From: Akkermansia muciniphila ATCC BAA-835 | GTDB taxonomy: Bacteria > Verrucomicrobiota > Verrucomicrobiia > Verrucomicrobiales > Akkermansiaceae | Direction: 5' to 3' | Assembly: GCF_000020225.1 (NCBI RefSeq) | Contig: NC_010655.1 | Span: 2,632,103-2,664,102, forward strand | Length of the DNA: 32,000 nt | In this document: positions 24,501 to 31,812 of the stretch, piece by piece | Layout of the letters: each line of letters begins with the position of its first letter | Numbering within the stretch: the stretch's first letter is position 1 | Notes under the pieces: generated by a model | Databases searched by the model: none | Seen by the model: only the letters and a program-made list of their open reading frames with translations | Told to the model about the DNA's origin: nothing | Translations under genes and position numbers: made by a program

Positions 24501-27064
24501 ATCTTGGAGCTGTTCGCGCCGGAACCTATCTGGTCCAGCAGAATTTTAGCCAGCTTCAGGCGCTGGTTTTCCCCGCCGGAAAGGGTATTCAGAGGCTGCC
24601 CCAGGGTCAGGTGCCCCAGCCCTACGCGCTGAAGCACGCCCAGTTTGGAAGCGATGCGGGAGGCTTTGGCCCCTTTTTCCGCGCTGAAGCATTCCAGCGC
24701 AGCCGCTACCGTCATGCCGAGCACGTCCGCAATATTCCTGCCGTCACGGTACACGCTCAGCACTTCGCTCCCGTACCGGGAGCCGTGGCACAGCGGACAC
24801 TGAACGAAAATGTCGGAAAGAAACTGCATTTCCACTTTCTCACTCCCCATGCCCATGCAGCGCGGACACCGGCCGTCCCCACTGTTGAAAGAGAAAAAAC
24901 CGGGCTTCATGCCGCGCGCGCGGGCCGTCTCCGTTTCCGCGAAGAGGGAGCGTATTTCTTCAAAAACTCCGGCATACACGGCAGGGGTGGAGCGCGGGGT
25001 GCGGACGATGGGGCTCTGGTCCACCATCACCACCTCATCCAGATGTTCCCAGCCCTTGATAGACTTGACGCGGGCGGGTTCCTCCTCGCATACGGCTCCT
25101 TTCTCCACCAGCGCGTTCAGGTAAAGAACATCGTGGGCCAGGGTGCTTTTCCCGGACCCGCTGACGCCTGTCAAGCAAGTGAAGAGGCCCAGGGGCACTT
25201 TCACGTCCAGTTTGCGCAGGTTATGGCGCGTGGCTCCGGATACGGTCAGAAACTGGCGCGGCTTTCGCCTCCTTTTGGGCACCGCGATGCGCCGCCTGCC
25301 GGAAAGAAAAGCTCCCGTCAGGGATTCCTCAATTTCTCCAATCCGGGCAGGCATCCCGGAATAAACCAGCCTTCCCCCTTCCCGTCCGGAACCGGGTCCC
25401 ATATCCACCAGGCAGTCCGCGGCACGCATGACCGCTTCCTCATGCTCCACCACCACCAGGGTATTCCCGCGCTTTTTAAGCCGGTTCATGGCGGAAATCA
25501 AACGGGACGTATCGCGGGGATGGAGCCCAACGGTAGGTTCATCCAGCACAAACAGCGTATCCGTCAGGGAAGCGCCCAGGCAGGTCGTCAGGCTCACGCG
25601 TTCAATTTCCCCTCCGGACAGGGACCGCGTGGAGCGGTCGGACGTCAGGTAGCCCAATCCCACTTCATTCAGATATTCCAGGCGGCTCCTGAGTTCCGCC
25701 ACGGCATGTTTCAAGCCGGGGTCTTCATCCGCCCGCGGCGTCACGTACCTATCCACCCAGACCAGCAGTTCATCCATGGGCATACTGGAAAGTTCCGGCA
25801 TGCTTTTGCCGCCCACCTTGAATTGAAGGGCTTCCGGCCTCAGGCGCAAACCGTGGCAGGAGGGGCATTCCTGATATGTGCGGAAACGGCTCAGGTACAC
25901 CCGCACGTGCATCTTATGCGTGCGGCTTTCCAGATATTTGAAAAATCCCGCAATGCCGTACCACAGCCCCTGTTCATACATTTCATCCGGGTCATCGCCG
26001 TCGCCGTACAGCAGCCAGTCCCGCTCCCATTGCTTCAAATCCTTCCACGGCACATCCAGACGGACTTTGCGGGCGTTTTTGCGCCAGCCGCGCATCAGGT
26101 CCCGCTTGCATTCGGAAAATACTTTTCCGTCCCCCTCAAAAATATGGATGGCCCCGTCCTGAACGCTGAGTTCCGGCCTGATGCACCGGTTGTAGTCAAT
26201 CGTGATGACGCGCCCGTAGCCGCGGCATTCCGGGCACGCCCCCAGCGGGGAATTAAAAGAAAACAGGCCCGGCCGCGGTTCCATCAGCGGATGCCAGTCT
26301 CCGCGGAATTTCAAAGCGGACAACCAGACGCCGTCCACACGGGGAATCACATGGGCCACGCCGCCGCCCAGGCGCATGGCCGTCTCCAGAGCCTCCAGCC
26401 TGCGTTCCCTCTGGTCTTCCGACAGCCTCACGCGGTCCTGAACCACCAGCAGCGGTTCTCCTTCCTCCAGCGTCCAATCCTCATCCTCCAGCCGGAGGAT
26501 CTCTCCATGCGCAAAAGCGCGCAAATACCCCTGTGCCACCAGATTCCTTTTCAACGAGGGAAGATCCACGGATTCGGGCCGCGCCACCTCCAGGCAAACC
26601 ATCACTTCCGTTCCGGCAGGGAATTCCGAATGCAACTTTTCATCAATGGTACCTGGCGTTTCCGGCTTGATTTCCCGCCCTGTTTCCGGGTCAATGCCCA
26701 CGGCCAGACGGGCGAAAACAAACTTCCAGTAATCATTCAGCCCCGTCATGGTCCCCACCGTGGAGCGGGATGTCCTGACGGAGTTGCGCTGATGCAGGGC
26801 GATGGCCGGAAGAATATTCTCTACGGCGTCCACATCCGGCTTGTCCATGCGGTCCATGAACTGGCGCACGTACGGGGAAAAGGTTTCCATATAACGCCGC
26901 TGGCCTTCCGCATACAGCGTGTGCATGGCCAGACTTGTTTTCCCCGATCCGGAAGGTCCCGTCACCACCGTCAGCCGCCCCAGGGGAATGTCCACATCCA
27001 CATTCTGCAAATTATGCTCACGGGCGCCGCGGATGCGGATGCGCCCATCCTCACAATGACTCAT
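21542..27064 (-). CDS. uvrA: Tandem-duplicated UvrA-family ABC ATPase: two UvrA units and four nucleotide-binding modules in one 1,840-aa polypeptide
   Basis: ATG at 27062-27064. Four Walker A sites: GPSGSGKTS, GVSGSGKST, GLSGSGKSS, GVSGAGKTS. Four signature motifs: LSGGEIERV, LSGGENQRL, LSGGETQRI, LSGGEAQRL. The UvrA hallmark 'AEGQRRYMETFSPYVRQF' is repeated as 'AEGQRRFMDVMSPYARQF'. The units are joined by the linker 'EGNPSVYDPADAAVPESADMDIPEGV' (24161-24236), and unit 2 begins at MALRGARHHNL (ATG 24158-24160). Confidence 0.9.
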   Translation of the reverse strand: MSHCEDGRIRIRGAREHNLQNVDVDIPLGRLTVVTGPSGSGKTSLAMHTLYAEGQRRYMETFSPYVRQFMDRMDKPDVDAVENILPAIALHQRNSVRTSRSTVGTMTGLNDYWKFVFARLAVGIDPETGREIKPETPGTIDEKLHSEFPAGTEVMVCLEVARPESVDLPSLKRNLVAQGYLRAFAHGEILRLEDEDWTLEEGEPLLVVQDRVRLSEDQRERRLEALETAMRLGGGVAHVIPRVDGVWLSALKFRGDWHPLMEPRPGLFSFNSPLGACPECRGYGRVITIDYNRCIRPELSVQDGAIHIFEGDGKVFSECKRDLMRGWRKNARKVRLDVPWKDLKQWERDWLLYGDGDDPDEMYEQGLWYGIAGFFKYLESRTHKMHVRVYLSRFRTYQECPSCHGLRLRPEALQFKVGGKSMPELSSMPMDELLVWVDRYVTPRADEDPGLKHAVAELRSRLEYLNEVGLGYLTSDRSTRSLSGGEIERVSLTTCLGASLTDTLFVLDEPTVGLHPRDTSRLISAMNRLKKRGNTLVVVEHEEAVMRAADCLVDMGPGSGREGGRLVYSGMPARIGEIEESLTGAFLSGRRRIAVPKRRRKPRQFLTVSGATRHNLRKLDVKVPLGLFTCLTGVSGSGKSTLAHDVLYLNALVEKGAVCEEEPARVKSIKGWEHLDEVVMVDQSPIVRTPRSTPAVYAGVFEEIRSLFAETETARARGMKPGFFSFNSGDGRCPRCMGMGSEKVEMQFLSDIFVQCPLCHGSRYGSEVLSVYRDGRNIADVLGMTVAAALECFSAEKGAKASRIASKLGVLQRVGLGHLTLGQPLNTLSGGENQRLKLAKILLDQIGSGANSSKMLILDEPGTGLHFADIEVLLAVFRELVEQGHTLLVIEHNPEFIKSADYVIDLGPEGGAGGGHVVATGTPEEIVAAGKGYTGKYLREVLEGNPSVYDPADAAVPESADMDIPEGVMALRGARHHNLKNVDLDVPRGEMTVLTGLSGSGKSSLAFDIFFAEGQRRFMDVMSPYARQFTEQLESPDIDRLTGLPPTVAIEQNMSRGGTKSTVGTVTEIWQFMRLLYAKLGQAYCPQCGVPVGKRSESEVVELVARELKKHGGLALLAPLVRGRKGHYADLARWAEGKGYEEMWVDGKLVPLSGFQPLDRYSSHDLDLVVARPEASWPPEKLAGAVHAALEMGEGFLQVLPPGSVRPELMGTRLACASCGQSFPELEPYTFSFNSPRGWCPVCRGHGIVGRGKVKEDQAQSLLEAELKYDRELARQADDDKGITTCPACRGVRLNEFARAVRLQGVTPGDIASLPAVAAAELVKGWQFEREEALIARDVVAEITQRLNFLQRVGLGYLSLDRSATTLSGGETQRIRLASQLGSHLRGVLYVLDEPTIGLHPRDNELLLGTLDELKRRGNTLLVVEHDEDTMRRADHIVDMGPGAGIHGGRIMAQGTFEELAAMPDSVTGAALHHKPRHPYRGKRRRIPSQKDESAWLRVEGCCLHNLKGVNVAIPKGRLTVLTGVSGAGKTSLMTGTIRLAARQAIGDKLTREQRKLWKTSSGFDSIRMVYGVDQNPIGKTPRSTPATYVGFLDDIRTLFAQTADARRLGFDRGRFSFNTGQGNCESCKGTGMQKLEMDFLPPCYVPCETCRGKRYNAATLTVRYKGKTIADVLQMDFAEAAEFFESQPRISDPLKLLSETGLGYLTLGQASNTLSGGEAQRLKLVTELIKGRRVSRNALMKGRELPGDLYLIEEPSIGLHPRDVRLLIDVLHRLADQGNTVVVIEHNTEIMAEADYVIDMGPGPGDAGGTIVAEGTPEQIAGKKSPTAEYIRRELNGES

Positions 27065-27084
27065 GGAGAAAGAATATCATCAAT

Positions 27085-27099
27085 TTGGAATCATTCCAA
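27085..27099. promoter_or_regulatory. Perfect palindrome TTGGAAT-C-ATTCCAA in the uvrA 5' region (uvrA/secA divergent intergenic region)
   Basis: It has 7-bp arms and a 1-nt spacer, and lies 20 nt upstream of the uvrA ATG. It could be an operator or a 5'-UTR hairpin. No binding factor can be named. Confidence 0.3.
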
Positions 27100-27280
27100 G
27101 AGAAGCGCCTGTCATGAATCCGGGTTTCCAGAGGAGTCCGGCCAGGTCCAACCTTCCTATTACGTCATCATCAGCACAAATGGAGGGCCGTGCTTGCATT
27201 TCTCCCGGCAGCCGCTAGTATTTTTCGATTCTTAGACCGCTGAAAGCGACTCTACCTCGTCAATTTTCAACAAGACAAAG

Positions 27281-30200
27281 ATGATTAAGTGGATTCTAAC
27301 CAAGATTGTCGGCACCAAAAACCAGCGTGAAGTGCGCCGTCTGCGCCCCATTGTGGAACAAATCGTCTCCATTGAAGAATCATGGAACGGCAAGGGACAG
27401 GAATTCCTGCTTGAGAAAACGAGGGAATGGCAAGGGTACCTCCATCGCTTCCTCCCCATGGATCTGCCCCCCGTGCGCATTGTGGAAGCCGCGCCCAGGG
27501 AAGAGCTGGAGGAAATAGCCGCCAAACTGAACGCCCGTTTTGAATCCCTGAAAAGCGAATTCTCTTCCCTCCCTGCGGTGGAAGCCACTCCCGCCTCCAT
27601 TGAAGAAGGGAAAGCCGCCTGGAACAACATTACGCCCCAGTTTGACAAGCTGCGGGAACGCTACCTGAACCAGATACTGCCGGAGGCCTTCGCCGCCGTC
27701 AAACACGGCGCCCGCCTGCTCTGCGGGGAAGAACGCGATATCTGCGGTCAAAAACAGGTTTGGGACATGGTCCACTTTGACGTGCAGCTGCTGGGCGGCA
27801 TTGCCCTGCACCGCGGCTACATTGCGGAAATGGCCACGGGGGAAGGGAAAACGCTTGTAGCCACCCTCCCCGTTTACCTGAATGCCCTGACCGGCATGGG
27901 TGTGCATGTGGTGACCGTGAACGATTATCTGGCGCGCCGCGACTCGGAATGGATGGGCATGCTCTTCCAGTTCCTGGGGCTGACTGTCGGCTGCATCCAG
28001 AGCATGATGCCCTCCCAACTCCGCCGGGAGCAATACGCCTGCGACATCACTTACGGCACCAACGCCGAATTCGGCTTCGACTACCTGCGCGACAACGGCA
28101 TGGCAACCTCCAAGTCCGAACAGGTGCAGCGCGGGCACTACTTCTCCATTGTGGACGAAGTGGACTCCATCCTTATTGACGAAGCCCGCACCCCCCTCAT
28201 CATTTCCGGCCCTGCGGTCGTCACCCGGGAACAGCAGTACGATACCCTGCGCCCCGCCATTGAGCGCGTGGTGAAGGCCCAGACGGACCTTTGCAACGAA
28301 CTGATGGCCCAGGCCCTGAAAGCCCAGGAAGAAGGCCGCACGGAAGAAGTGGGCCGCTGCCTGTTCAAGGTAAAAATGGGCCAGCCCCGCCACCGCGCCT
28401 TCCTGCGCGCCATGCAGGATCCCGAGCTGCGCCGCATCGTGGAAAAATATGAACTGACCCTTTACCAGGATACCCGCAAGAAGGAACTCTACAAGCTGAA
28501 GGAGGAAATGTTCTTCACCGTGGATGAAAAAACCCACGACGCCGACCTGATGGAAAAAGGCCGGGAAGTCATCTCTCCCGGCCATCCGGAAGATTTCGTG
28601 CTGCCGGATTTGGGAACCGCCTTTGCGGAAATGGACGAAGATCCGCGCCTGACGGAAAAAGACAAACTGCGCCGCAAAAATGAACTGACCAAACAGCTTG
28701 ACGAAACGGGAGCGCGCCTGCACACCACCTCCCAGCTGCTGAAGGCCTACTGCATTTACGAAAAAGACGTGGAATACGTCGTCAAGGAAGGCAAGGTCAT
28801 CATCATCGACCAGAATACGGGCCGTGAAATGCCGGGACGCCGCTGGAGCGACGGTCTGCACCAGGCGGTGGAAGCCAAGGAAGGCGTGGAAGTGGAGCGG
28901 GAAAACCAGACGTACGCGACCATCACCATCCAGAACTACTTCCGCCTGTACAAAAAACTGGCGGGCATGACCGGCACGGCGGAAACGGAAGCTGCGGAAT
29001 TCCATGATATTTACAAGCTGGACGTTCTTCCCATCCCGACCAACCGCCCCTGCATCCGCAAGGATCAGAATGACCTCATCTTCAAATCCCGCCGTGAAAA
29101 ATTCAATGCGGTGGTCAACAAAATCCAGGAACTTCACGACAAAGGCCAGCCCATCCTGATCGGCACGGCCAGCGTGGACGCCTCCGAAACGCTCTCCCGC
29201 ATGCTCAAGAGGGCCAAAATCCCCCATGAAGTTCTAAACGCAAAAAACCACCAGCGCGAAGCGGAAATCGTGGCGCAGGCCGGCAAGCGCGGAGCCGTCA
29301 CCGTCTCCACCAACATGGCGGGCCGCGGCACGGACATCAAACTGGGCGAAGGCGTAGCCGACCTCGGCGGCCTCTTCGTCCTGGGTACGGAACGCCATGA
29401 ATCCCGCCGCATTGACCGCCAGCTGCGCGGCCGCTGCTCCCGCCAGGGGGACCCCGGCGCCTCACAGTTCTTCATCTCCTTTGAAGACGACCTGATGCGC
29501 AACTTCGGCGCGGCGGAACGCATGACCAAGATGATGGAACGCCTGGGCGTAGCCGACGGTGAAGCGCTGGAACACAGTTTCCTGAACAAATCCGTGGAAT
29601 CCGCCCAGAAACGGGTGGAACAGCGCAACTACATGTGGCGCAAGCACGTGCTGGACTATGACGACGTAATGAACAAGCAGCGCGAAATCGTTTACGGATA
29701 CCGGAATGAAGTGCTTTCCACGGAAAACCCGCGCGAAATGATTTACGATATTCTGGAAGAAGTAATCGCCACGCGCGCCCATGAATTCCTGGACCCGGAT
29801 GCGGAAGGCGTCACCCACCCGGACGAATTGCTCGCCTGGATGAACGCCTCCTTCCCGCTGGGGCTCACGGCAGAGGCCGCCAAGCTGGAAGAACGGCCCA
29901 TAGACGACACCATTGCCTTCCTCATTGACAAGGTCAAGTCCACTTATGAAGACAAGGCTTCCCGCGAACGCCCGGAATACCTGGACCACATGGAACGCCA
30001 GATCATCCTGGGGGCCATTGACAAAATGTGGCAGGAACACCTGTACAACATGGACTCCCTGCGGGAAGGCGTGCGCCTCCGCGCCCAGGGGCAGAAAGAC
30101 CCCCTGGTGGAATACAAATCGGAAGCTTACGATCTCTTCATCACCCTGATGGAAAGCATCAAGAGCGAAGCCATCAGCAACCTCTTCAAGAGCACCACCA

Positions 30201-30634
30201 ACCTGGACGCCTTTGAGGACTTCCTGGCCAGCCTGCCCCAGTTTGAATCTTCCGACGAAAACCAGGAAGGCGGAACCAGCCTGCCGGAAATCGGCTTTGA
30301 CGGCATGCCTTCGGACCTGCTCTCCGCCCTGAGGGAACAAGTCTCCCGGGCACGTGAACAACAATCCGCCCGGCAGGCGGAACCGGAACAGGCCCCGGCC
30401 GTCATTTCCGACGCCACCACCATTGGGGAAGGTTACAAACCAGCCGTGGCGGAACCCAAACTGGTCATGCCCAAGCGCAAGGTCAGCGTCGTGCTCCGCA
30501 AGGAAGAAGCCCCCCAGGCGCCGGCAGAAACGCCGGTCCCCGGAGAAGGGGAAGAAATTGCCGTCACTCTGGACTCCCAGGACTTTGCGGAAACCATGGA
30601 CAACCGGGATTCCGCGGATACCCGCACATTCTAA
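27281..30634 (+). CDS. secA: Preprotein translocase ATPase SecA (long form, 1,117 aa)
   Basis: ATG at 27281. N-terminus 'MIKWILTKIVGTKNQREVRRLRPIV'. Walker A 'MATGEGKTLVATLP'. DEAD-like 'IVDEVDSILIDEARTPLIISG'. 'TNMAGRGTDIKLG' and 'GTERHESRRIDRQLRGRCSRQGDPG'. Stop TAA at 30632-30634. Confidence 0.95.
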   Translation: MIKWILTKIVGTKNQREVRRLRPIVEQIVSIEESWNGKGQEFLLEKTREWQGYLHRFLPMDLPPVRIVEAAPREELEEIAAKLNARFESLKSEFSSLPAVEATPASIEEGKAAWNNITPQFDKLRERYLNQILPEAFAAVKHGARLLCGEERDICGQKQVWDMVHFDVQLLGGIALHRGYIAEMATGEGKTLVATLPVYLNALTGMGVHVVTVNDYLARRDSEWMGMLFQFLGLTVGCIQSMMPSQLRREQYACDITYGTNAEFGFDYLRDNGMATSKSEQVQRGHYFSIVDEVDSILIDEARTPLIISGPAVVTREQQYDTLRPAIERVVKAQTDLCNELMAQALKAQEEGRTEEVGRCLFKVKMGQPRHRAFLRAMQDPELRRIVEKYELTLYQDTRKKELYKLKEEMFFTVDEKTHDADLMEKGREVISPGHPEDFVLPDLGTAFAEMDEDPRLTEKDKLRRKNELTKQLDETGARLHTTSQLLKAYCIYEKDVEYVVKEGKVIIIDQNTGREMPGRRWSDGLHQAVEAKEGVEVERENQTYATITIQNYFRLYKKLAGMTGTAETEAAEFHDIYKLDVLPIPTNRPCIRKDQNDLIFKSRREKFNAVVNKIQELHDKGQPILIGTASVDASETLSRMLKRAKIPHEVLNAKNHQREAEIVAQAGKRGAVTVSTNMAGRGTDIKLGEGVADLGGLFVLGTERHESRRIDRQLRGRCSRQGDPGASQFFISFEDDLMRNFGAAERMTKMMERLGVADGEALEHSFLNKSVESAQKRVEQRNYMWRKHVLDYDDVMNKQREIVYGYRNEVLSTENPREMIYDILEEVIATRAHEFLDPDAEGVTHPDELLAWMNASFPLGLTAEAAKLEERPIDDTIAFLIDKVKSTYEDKASRERPEYLDHMERQIILGAIDKMWQEHLYNMDSLREGVRLRAQGQKDPLVEYKSEAYDLFITLMESIKSEAISNLFKSTTNLDAFEDFLASLPQFESSDENQEGGTSLPEIGFDGMPSDLLSALREQVSRAREQQSARQAEPEQAPAVISDATTIGEGYKPAVAEPKLVMPKRKVSVVLRKEEAPQAPAETPVPGEGEEIAVTLDSQDFAETMDNRDSADTRTF

Positions 30635-30657
30635 AAAAAACCGCGCATCACTTACAA

Positions 30658-30693
30658 GGCCGGGGGAAACGGGAATGTCCGTTTGCCCCGGCC
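30658..30693 (+). other. Long GC-rich hairpin between secA and the ArgA-like gene
   Basis: GGCCGGGGGAAACGG-gaatgt-CCGTTTGCCCCGGCC pairs 14 of 15 positions. It starts 24 nt after the secA stop and ends 19 nt before the downstream TTG start. There is no U-tract. Confidence 0.5.
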
Positions 30694-30711
30694 CCAAACT
30701 TCCGGTCCGCC

Positions 30712-31812
30712 TTGGCTACGCTCCCTCCCAACAAATCCGCCAATGTCCGTTCCGTGCTGGAGTATGTTCCGTACTTCAGGGATAAAATCTTTGCCGTGCA
30801 CGTGGAACGCCCCCTGGTGGATTCCGGGGAATTGGTGGATGCCCTGCTGGACTTGGACGTACTGCAGGAAATAGGCGTCAGGCCCGTTCTGATTGTGGAA
30901 GGGGCGGACGCCTCCGCGCTGTACGAACACACGCGCGTCTGTGAAATGCGCTCCGCCCTGGTGGAAGCGCCATTGAAGGGCGGCCAGCTTGTCCGGGAAA
31001 GAGTCCGGGAAATTCTGGGGCGTCACCAAATTCCCGTGGTGGCTTCCGGCCGTTCCGGCTCCTTTGACCCGGAATCCGTCCATATGGCCTTCAGTCTGGG
31101 GGCCTCCAAATACATCGCCCTGCTCAATGACCACAAGGTTCCGTCCCTGGACGGACGCCCCATTGCCGCCATTCTGGAATCGGAAGTAGCGGAGCTGGCA
31201 GGAAACGTAACCCACCGCGAACTGCTTGACCAGGCAGCGGAAGCCTGCCGGGCGGGAATCCCCCGCGTGCATCTGCTGGACGGAAAAATGCGCGGCGTGC
31301 TGGTGGAGGAACTCTTCTCTGAAGAAGGCGTAGGAACCATGGTCCACACGGACTCCTACCGGGAAATACGCCCGCTGAAGGAAGAAGACATTCCGGAACT
31401 CCTCTCCATGATCGCCCGTTCCGTAGTGGACTCCAAATTGGTCAACCGGAACTATGAAGACATTGCCGCCAGAATAGACAGTTACTACGTGCTGACCCTG
31501 GACGACAGCATCGTGGGCTGCGTTGCCGTTTATCCCTACCCGGAGCACCATAGCGCAGAACTGGGCTGCCTGTACATCAAGCACCGCCATGAAGGCCGCG
31601 GCTATGGCCGCGCACTATGTGAATTTGCCAAAAGAAAAGCGGAGGAAATGGGAATGGAATTCATCTTTGCCCTCTCCCAAAGCGCCGTCCATTACTTCCG
31701 GGACCGCATGCATTACGCGGAATTTTCCCGCGACAGCCTGCCCCCGGAACGCCTGCGTACTCTGGAACTCAGCGGGCGCAAATCCGGGGTTTTCGGGTTA
31801 AGGCTGAAATAG
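30712..31812 (+). CDS. ArgA-like amino-acid N-acetyltransferase: a shortened, probably kinase-inactive amino-acid-kinase-fold domain fused to a C-terminal GNAT domain
   Basis: The N-terminus 'VRSVLEYVPYFRDKIFAVHV...LQEIGVRPVLIVEG' resembles the ArgA/ArgB N-terminus (FR..vPYI..hrgktFVI). The GNAT part is 'YVLTLDDSIVGCVAVYPYPEHHSAELGCLYIKHRHEGRGYGRALCEFAKRKAEEMGMEFIFAL'. There is no in-frame ATG near the 5' end, so the start is TTG 30712 (or GTG 30754). Confidence 0.7.
   Translation: MATLPPNKSANVRSVLEYVPYFRDKIFAVHVERPLVDSGELVDALLDLDVLQEIGVRPVLIVEGADASALYEHTRVCEMRSALVEAPLKGGQLVRERVREILGRHQIPVVASGRSGSFDPESVHMAFSLGASKYIALLNDHKVPSLDGRPIAAILESEVAELAGNVTHRELLDQAAEACRAGIPRVHLLDGKMRGVLVEELFSEEGVGTMVHTDSYREIRPLKEEDIPELLSMIARSVVDSKLVNRNYEDIAARIDSYYVLTLDDSIVGCVAVYPYPEHHSAELGCLYIKHRHEGRGYGRALCEFAKRKAEEMGMEFIFALSQSAVHYFRDRMHYAEFSRDSLPPERLRTLELSGRKSGVFGLRLK

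Noticed and set aside
22550-27235. 1,561-aa ORF on the plus strand opposite uvrA
   Set aside because: It is the codon-aligned antisense frame of a gene with unmistakable UvrA motifs. Its translation is low-complexity (Arg/Gly/Pro/His/Gln-rich) with no recognisable motifs, and it runs past the uvrA start into the intergenic region.
27065-27280. E. coli-type LexA SOS box (CTGT-N8-ACAG) upstream of uvrA
   Set aside because: That pattern does not occur in the intergenic region. Only the unrelated TTGGAAT-C-ATTCCAA palindrome is present, and it is reported separately.
27380-30697. 615-aa and 411-aa minus-strand ORFs opposite secA
   Set aside because: These are codon-aligned antisense shadows of an unambiguous secA.
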